Part shown: one piece after another, positions 43,128 to 47,583 of the stretch
Numbering within the stretch: position 1 is the stretch's first letter
Layout of the letters: each line of letters opens with the position of its first letter
Source of the DNA: Clostridiales bacterium
Lineage (GTDB): Bacteria; Bacillota; Clostridia; Christensenellales; UBA1242
Assembly: GCA_918285425.1 (NCBI GenBank)
Contig: CAKJZE010000021.1
Location: forward strand, 1 to 47,583
Length of the DNA stretch: 47,583 nt
Reading direction: 5' to 3'
Translations under genes and position numbers: made by a program
Notes under the pieces: generated by a model
What the model was told of the DNA's origin: nothing
Database searches by the model: none
The model's input: the letters and a program-made list of their open reading frames with translations, nothing else

Positions 43128-44405
43128 GTGAAGTATTCAGGCGAACAATATAACAGCGATAAGATACCTTACGACAGCAAACCTATTATCAGACAGGTTC
43201 CTTCGACAAGAAAGTATAGGTCTGAAAGAAGTGCGGGGCCAAGTAAGGCATTTGCTTTGATTTTGTTTATTTTGGTGCTGTGCAATGTTGTTTTGGCTGG
43301 TCTTGTTATTGCAGTTATAAGGAAATCACCTTCAGGTAATGGAAATACAACAATTAATATTGAAACATCGGGGTCTATTGATGTCACCGCTGTTGCAAGC
43401 AAATGTAAACCATCTGTTGTAAGAATACATGCTGGTATGCCACTTGGGGTGTTAAGCTCTGCAGATGTGGATTATGAAATGTTTTCCAAAATGCGAAGCA
43501 AGGGAAGTGGAGTTATATTCCAAGATAACAAAAGTGCTGGCGTTTGCTATATTTTGACTTGCTATCATGTTGTGCGAGGCTATGACAGTCAGGTCTATGT
43601 TATCTTAAGTGACTCGTTCACACCTATAAAGGCAAGCTTGGTTTCTTCAACTGGTTATTCAAGCAATTTTGACATTGCAGTCTTGAAAATTGAAACTCCG
43701 CTTTACACACAAAGTGCTGCTTGCCCTGTAGAGATTGGGGATAGTGCATTTGTGATTGAAGGTGATAAGTGTGTGGCATACGGCAACCCTCAAGGTACTG
43801 GTTTGAGTATAACAAGTGGTGATATAAGCAAGGCGATTGACCTTGTAACGGTCAACAGCGTGGTCAACAGGGTTATGAGAACTTCGGCAGCGATCAACTC
43901 GGGCAACAGTGGCGGCGGTCTGTTTGATGCGCAGGGAAAATTGATTGGCATTGTCAATGCAAAGACAAATGACAATCCGTCTGCTGGATCCTATATTGAC
44001 AATATTGCCTATGCAATACCAAGCAACGTGGCTTTAAGTATTGCAAGGAATATTTTAAGGAACAATAGGCCACTTCGTGCGGATCTTGGCATTAAATTGG
44101 GAATTGCTGATGTCAATGAAACATACGAGATCATTGATGGTCGCAAAATTCCAAAGCAAACCATTATTGTTACGCAAGTGGATTCAGGAAGTGAATTTAA
44201 AACAAATGATCAGGTGTTAAATTTCACCTATAGTGGAAACACTGTTACAGTAAGAAATTTGTATAGCCTTGATGATCATATCTTCAACTTTAATGTTGGT
44301 GAAACAGTGACATTTCAGGTTTTAAGAAATGGCAATGTGGTTTCAATTGAGGTTGTGATTTCAAAAATGGACGGTGCAGACACACAGACATGGTATAACA
44401 GTTAA
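43128..44405 (+). CDS. membrane-anchored trypsin-like (S1C/HtrA-like) serine protease
   Basis: Triad contexts LTCYHVV, NFDIAVLKI and GNSGGGLFD. N-terminal TM. GTG start after AAGAGGA. Confidence 0.8.
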   Translation: MKYSGEQYNSDKIPYDSKPIIRQVPSTRKYRSERSAGPSKAFALILFILVLCNVVLAGLVIAVIRKSPSGNGNTTINIETSGSIDVTAVASKCKPSVVRIHAGMPLGVLSSADVDYEMFSKMRSKGSGVIFQDNKSAGVCYILTCYHVVRGYDSQVYVILSDSFTPIKASLVSSTGYSSNFDIAVLKIETPLYTQSAACPVEIGDSAFVIEGDKCVAYGNPQGTGLSITSGDISKAIDLVTVNSVVNRVMRTSAAINSGNSGGGLFDAQGKLIGIVNAKTNDNPSAGSYIDNIAYAIPSNVALSIARNILRNNRPLRADLGIKLGIADVNETYEIIDGRKIPKQTIIVTQVDSGSEFKTNDQVLNFTYSGNTVTVRNLYSLDDHIFNFNVGETVTFQVLRNGNVVSIEVVISKMDGADTQTWYNS

Positions 44406-44482
44406 TAAAAAGTTAAAAAACACTTGCACAAGTGTGTAAAAATGTTTATACTTAATACGTAAAGAAAAATTGGAGGTTATTT

Positions 44483-44713
44483 ATGGTTGAAAATAAAGTG
44501 AAAGAGATTTTGGCAAAACAATTAAGATTGGATGCTGCAAAAATAACAAGTGAAACAAATATCACAACTGATCTTGGTGCTGACAGCTTGGATCTTGTAG
44601 AGATTCTTATGTCTTTAGAAGAAGAATTTAAGATTTCCATACCTGATGAGGCTATACCTGGCATTGTGACAGTTGGAGATTTGGTAAAATACATTGAACA
44701 AAACAAAAAGTAA
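44483..44713 (+). CDS. acpP: acyl carrier protein
   Basis: 76 aa. DLGADSLDLVEILMSLEEEF phosphopantetheine site. GGAGG RBS. Confidence 0.92.
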   Translation: MVENKVKEILAKQLRLDAAKITSETNITTDLGADSLDLVEILMSLEEEFKISIPDEAIPGIVTVGDLVKYIEQNKK

Positions 44714-44725
44714 TATTTAAAAAGC

Positions 44726-44752
44726 AAAAAATCCACGTTTGTGGATTTTTTT
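44726..44752 (+). terminator. Terminator after acpP
   Basis: aaaaaatccac-gttt-gtggattttttt. Confidence 0.8.
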
Positions 44753-44796
44753 ATTGCATATTTATTCACATATTTTGGTGCGTTGCACATCATTTT

Positions 44797-45049
44797 TTGA
44801 AACCAAACACCGAAGCGGTAACAATGCAGTTAACTCCCCCAAAGCTACCTTGTGGCGCATGACCGCGCCTGTTTAGTGCTGCTGCCGCAAAGCTCTGACA
44901 CGGTTCACAAGTGGCCATCCCACAAGACCTTGATATCATCATCACTTACACCATTCAGCCTTCCATGCTTGACCCCGAGAAATGCATTCAGCCCTGCTAT
45001 AGCGGATCTCAGGATAAGGGCACCGCTGGCTCCCCACCTAGTGCAACGC
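44797..45049 (-). ncRNA. ffs: signal recognition particle RNA, long Bacillus type (Alu domain + S domain); ends approximate
   Basis: The reverse complement reads GGGGAGCCAGCGGUGCCCUUAUCCUGAGAUCCGCUAUAGCAGGGCUGAAU..UCUCGGGGUC and ..GAACCGUGUCAG....CAGCAGCACUAAAC. This parallels my recollection of B. subtilis scRNA (GGGGAGGUAGCGGUGCCCUGUACCUGCAAUCCGCUCUAGCAGGGCCGAAU; CAUGUCAGGUCCGGAAGGAAGCAGCAUUAAG). GC-rich relative to its surroundings. Confidence 0.8.
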
Positions 45050-45055
45050 AAGTGT

Positions 45056-45084
45056 ATTATACATGATTATTTGTCTTTTTGCAA
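45056..45084 (-). promoter_or_regulatory. candidate promoter of the SRP RNA
   Basis: On the minus strand: TTGCAA (45084-45079), 17 nt, TATAAT (45061-45056). Confidence 0.55.
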
Positions 45085-45202
45085 GACAATTTTTTGTTTT
45101 TTTATGTCATCTTTATCAATATACAGGTCTTTGTATATATTTTTTCTTTTGTTTGACTTATATAATTTTCATGTGATAAAATTTATCTGTAAGGAGCATA
45201 AC

Positions 45203-45913
45203 ATGGAAAGTAATGCAAAGCGTTTTTTGGAAGCATATAACAAGCTTGACAAAGGCTTAAGAGATATCTATGGCATAAAACCATCAATAACTTTTTCTGA
45301 CTGCATAAGAAGGTCGGCTGCTGTGAACTCGGTTATCAAAAAATATGAGGACACTTTGATTGAATATGGACGTTTGCGCAACGCAATTGTACACAGTGAC
45401 AGCGAAGAAGTCATTGCCGAGCCAAACCTTGCAGTGGTTGAAAAAATTGAACATATTGCAAGACTTATTTGCACGCCTCCAAGGGTTATGGACACTGTTG
45501 CAAATCGTTCAGTATTTACTGTGGATTCAACAGTTTCATTAAAAGAAGTTATTGATCAAATGTTTAAAACAGGGTACTCTGTTATACCTGTATACAAAAA
45601 AGACACTTTGTTTGGGATTGTTAATCGTAAAGTTATTGTGGAATCTATTGGTGCTGCAATCTCTGCAGGGGTGGATCTTGACGACTTAAGCGAGATGTCA
45701 ATTGAAGAAGCTGTTGACCTTTCAAGTGGGAACAATTCTTTTGAAGTTGTTCCTGCAACTGTGACTATTGATACAGTTTTATACTTGTTTCAATCCAACC
45801 GTAAACTTTCTGTTGTTATTATCACAAAAAATGGAAACTATAACGAGAAACCTATTGGGGTTGTGACAACTGCTGACACAATTGATATGCAGACAATTTT
45901 GGACAACTATTAA
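45203..45913 (+). CDS. CBS-domain pair protein
   Basis: The ATG at 45203 is preceded by AAGGAG. CBS-like blocks YSVIPVYKKDTLFGIVNRKVIVE and LSVVIITKNG...PIGVVTTADTI. The track ORF start at 44852 runs antisense through the SRP RNA and is rejected. Confidence 0.75.
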   Translation: MESNAKRFLEAYNKLDKGLRDIYGIKPSITFSDCIRRSAAVNSVIKKYEDTLIEYGRLRNAIVHSDSEEVIAEPNLAVVEKIEHIARLICTPPRVMDTVANRSVFTVDSTVSLKEVIDQMFKTGYSVIPVYKKDTLFGIVNRKVIVESIGAAISAGVDLDDLSEMSIEEAVDLSSGNNSFEVVPATVTIDTVLYLFQSNRKLSVVIITKNGNYNEKPIGVVTTADTIDMQTILDNY

Positions 45914-45928
45914 TATCAGGGAATTATC

Positions 45929-46792
45929 ATGAAAATTGCAAGTGATTGGAAAGATTATGAAATAATAGCCACCGGTGATGGCGAAAAATTGGAAAGATGG
46001 GGGAATGTGTTTCTCCTTCGTCCTGATCCTCAAATTATTTGGAAGGCGGAACAAAATTTGTCAGCCTATCCAAAACTCAATGCTTGGTATCACCGAAGCA
46101 GTAATGGTGGCGGCGGTTGGCAAAACCTAAAAAAATACCCAGAAGAATGGACTGTTGGCTATAAAAATTTAAGGTTTTTGATTAAGCCTATGGGCTTTAA
46201 ACATACCGGACTTTTCCCAGAGCAAGCATATAACTGGGATACAATGATGAAATTGATTGAAAATGCCAAAAGGTCAATAAGCGTGCTGAATTTGTTTGCC
46301 TATACAGGTGGGGCTACTGTGGCTTGCGCAAAGGCGGGCGCTTCTGTATGCCACGTTGATGCGGCCAAAAATATGGTTGAAAGAGCCAAAGAAAATGCAA
46401 AACTTTCAGGTTTGGAATCTGCGCCAATAAGGTATATAGTGGACGACTGCAGAAAATTCATTGAACGTGAAATTAAGCGAGGACACAAATATGACGCCAT
46501 CATCATGGATCCGCCAAGCTATGGCAGGGGTGCAAATGGCGAGGTGTGGAAGTTGGAAGACAGCCTTTATGAGTTTGTCTGTCTTGCGGCTAAAGTGCTT
46601 TCAGATAAGCCACTGTTTGTTCTTATAAACAGCTATACCACAGGTCTGGGTGCCACGGTATTAAAGAATATTTTAAATCTTGCCGTTGGTACAAAACAGG
46701 GGAATTGTGAAGCTTATGAGTTGTGCATCCCAACTGATGAAAGTGGAGTTTTACTTCCTTGCGGTACAAGTGCGATGATGAAATTTGAATAA
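45929..46792 (+). CDS. class I SAM-dependent methyltransferase (RlmI/RlmK-like catalytic domain)
   Basis: LNLFAYTGGATVACAKAGA (motif I) and IIMDPPSYGRG (motif IV). Confidence 0.75.
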   Translation: MKIASDWKDYEIIATGDGEKLERWGNVFLLRPDPQIIWKAEQNLSAYPKLNAWYHRSSNGGGGWQNLKKYPEEWTVGYKNLRFLIKPMGFKHTGLFPEQAYNWDTMMKLIENAKRSISVLNLFAYTGGATVACAKAGASVCHVDAAKNMVERAKENAKLSGLESAPIRYIVDDCRKFIEREIKRGHKYDAIIMDPPSYGRGANGEVWKLEDSLYEFVCLAAKVLSDKPLFVLINSYTTGLGATVLKNILNLAVGTKQGNCEAYELCIPTDESGVLLPCGTSAMMKFE

Positions 46793-46805
46793 AAGGATTG
46801 AATTT

Positions 46806-47495
46806 ATGGAAATTTTATTTGAAGATAACCATGTGATTGTGGTGCTTAAACCTGCAAATGTTCCGTCTATGCCAGACGAATCAGGTGATAAAGATATGTT
46901 GACCATGGTTAAAGAGTATATTAAAGAAAAATACAATAAGCCAGGCAATGTCTATGTTGGGCTTGTTCACAGACTTGACAGGCCAACCGGTGGTGTTATG
47001 GTGTTTGCAAAGACAAGTAAGGCGGCGGACAGACTTTCAGAGCAATTCCGAGACCACACTGCAGAAAAAACATATTTTGCAGTAGTCTGCAATCCTCTGA
47101 AACTTAAACAGGCAAAACTTATCAACTATCTTTTGAAAGATGAGAAAAATAACAAAGTTTCTGTCGTTCCAATGAGTACGACTGACGCAAAAAAGGCGGA
47201 GCTTGACTATACCTGCCTTGCAGAAGTTGATGGCGTAAGTTTGCTTAAAGTAAAGCTTTATACGGGCAGGGGGCATCAGATAAGGGTGCAACTTGCGACC
47301 ATGGGAAATCCAATCTATGGCGACCAAAAATATGGTGGAGAAGATATGCTAAAAGCCAACCTCAATTTGTTTGCGGTGGAGCTGAAATTCTATCATCCAA
47401 CAACCAAAGAGCTTATGGTATTTCGTGCTTATCCACCAGAGGATCAAAAGTGCTGGAACAAGTTTAATTTGGAAAAGTTCTTAAATTTGAAATAA
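46806..47495 (+). CDS. RluA-family pseudouridine synthase
   Basis: HRLDRPTGGVMVFAKT catalytic Asp motif and GRGHQIRVQLA. ATG at 46806 (MEILFEDNHVIVVLKP). Confidence 0.85.
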   Translation: MEILFEDNHVIVVLKPANVPSMPDESGDKDMLTMVKEYIKEKYNKPGNVYVGLVHRLDRPTGGVMVFAKTSKAADRLSEQFRDHTAEKTYFAVVCNPLKLKQAKLINYLLKDEKNNKVSVVPMSTTDAKKAELDYTCLAEVDGVSLLKVKLYTGRGHQIRVQLATMGNPIYGDQKYGGEDMLKANLNLFAVELKFYHPTTKELMVFRAYPPEDQKCWNKFNLEKFLNLK

Positions 47496-47541
47496 ATATC
47501 AAAAATACTTATAAAAAATCGGGGAAAAACGCGTAAACCTC

Positions 47542-47570
47542 TTGACTTAAAATTAAAAATGTTTTACAAT
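47542..47570 (+). promoter_or_regulatory. candidate promoter for a gene beyond the window
   Basis: TTGACT, 17 nt, TACAAT. Confidence 0.45.
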
Positions 47571-47583
47571 AGCCATTGCATGA

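Noticed and set aside
2403-43975. Numerous 60-160-aa ORFs nested antisense or out of frame inside long genes (for example 2403-2789, 10319-10705, 19679-20167, 38925-39242, 41079-41429)
   Set aside because: Each is fully contained in a longer ORF with clear family motifs. They lack RBSs and have the biased composition expected of shadow frames in AT-rich DNA.
44852-45202. The N-terminal 117 codons of the 353-aa track ORF
   Set aside because: This part is antisense to the SRP RNA, has an atypical Pro/Ser/Cys/His-rich composition and lacks an RBS. A strong AAGGAG-ATG start exists at 45203.
1-47583. CRISPR arrays, rRNA genes, tandem repeats
   Set aside because: No regularly spaced direct repeats with unique spacers and no rRNA-like conserved strings were seen on either strand.

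Overview
A 47.6-kb chromosomal segment from a low-GC, Firmicutes-type bacterium, judged from AGGAG-type ribosome-binding sites (RBSs), TTGACA/TATAAT promoters and a long Bacillus-type SRP RNA. Core genes: the 3' end of rpoC, an HD hydrolase with gltX, a PlsC-type acyltransferase with a processive GT2, an ATL-like MGMT protein, DegV, dapA, an SDR, phosphoketolase, an ABC/permease/giant surface protein operon, ung, an HtrA-like protease, acpP, SRP RNA (minus strand, hidden under a spurious 353-aa ORF), a CBS protein, a SAM methyltransferase and an RluA pseudouridine synthase. A visibly more AT-rich island of about 15 kb lies between tRNA-Ser(UGA) (10854-10941) and roughly 26.4 kb. It contains: (1) a large serine recombinase whose ORF reads through the tRNA terminator into the tRNA; (2) a translationally coupled PD-(D/E)xK + P-loop (DUF2075-like) protein; (3) a tightly packed six-gene DpnII/MboI-type R-M operon carrying two extra nuclease-like genes, bracketed by ~145-nt inverted repeats; (4) an RloC/PrrC-like anticodon nuclease with a CxxC zinc hook; (5) a GIY-YIG gene broken by an in-frame TAA; (6) several orphan cassettes delimited by recurring 5' and 3' junction elements; (7) the strongest candidate for something new, a radical SAM/SPASM enzyme followed by two tandem small genes that the ORF track misses. 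These two genes encode peptides with a shared leader and cores built from in-register His-x-Asp triplets. All homology calls come from motif recognition by eye; no searches were run.
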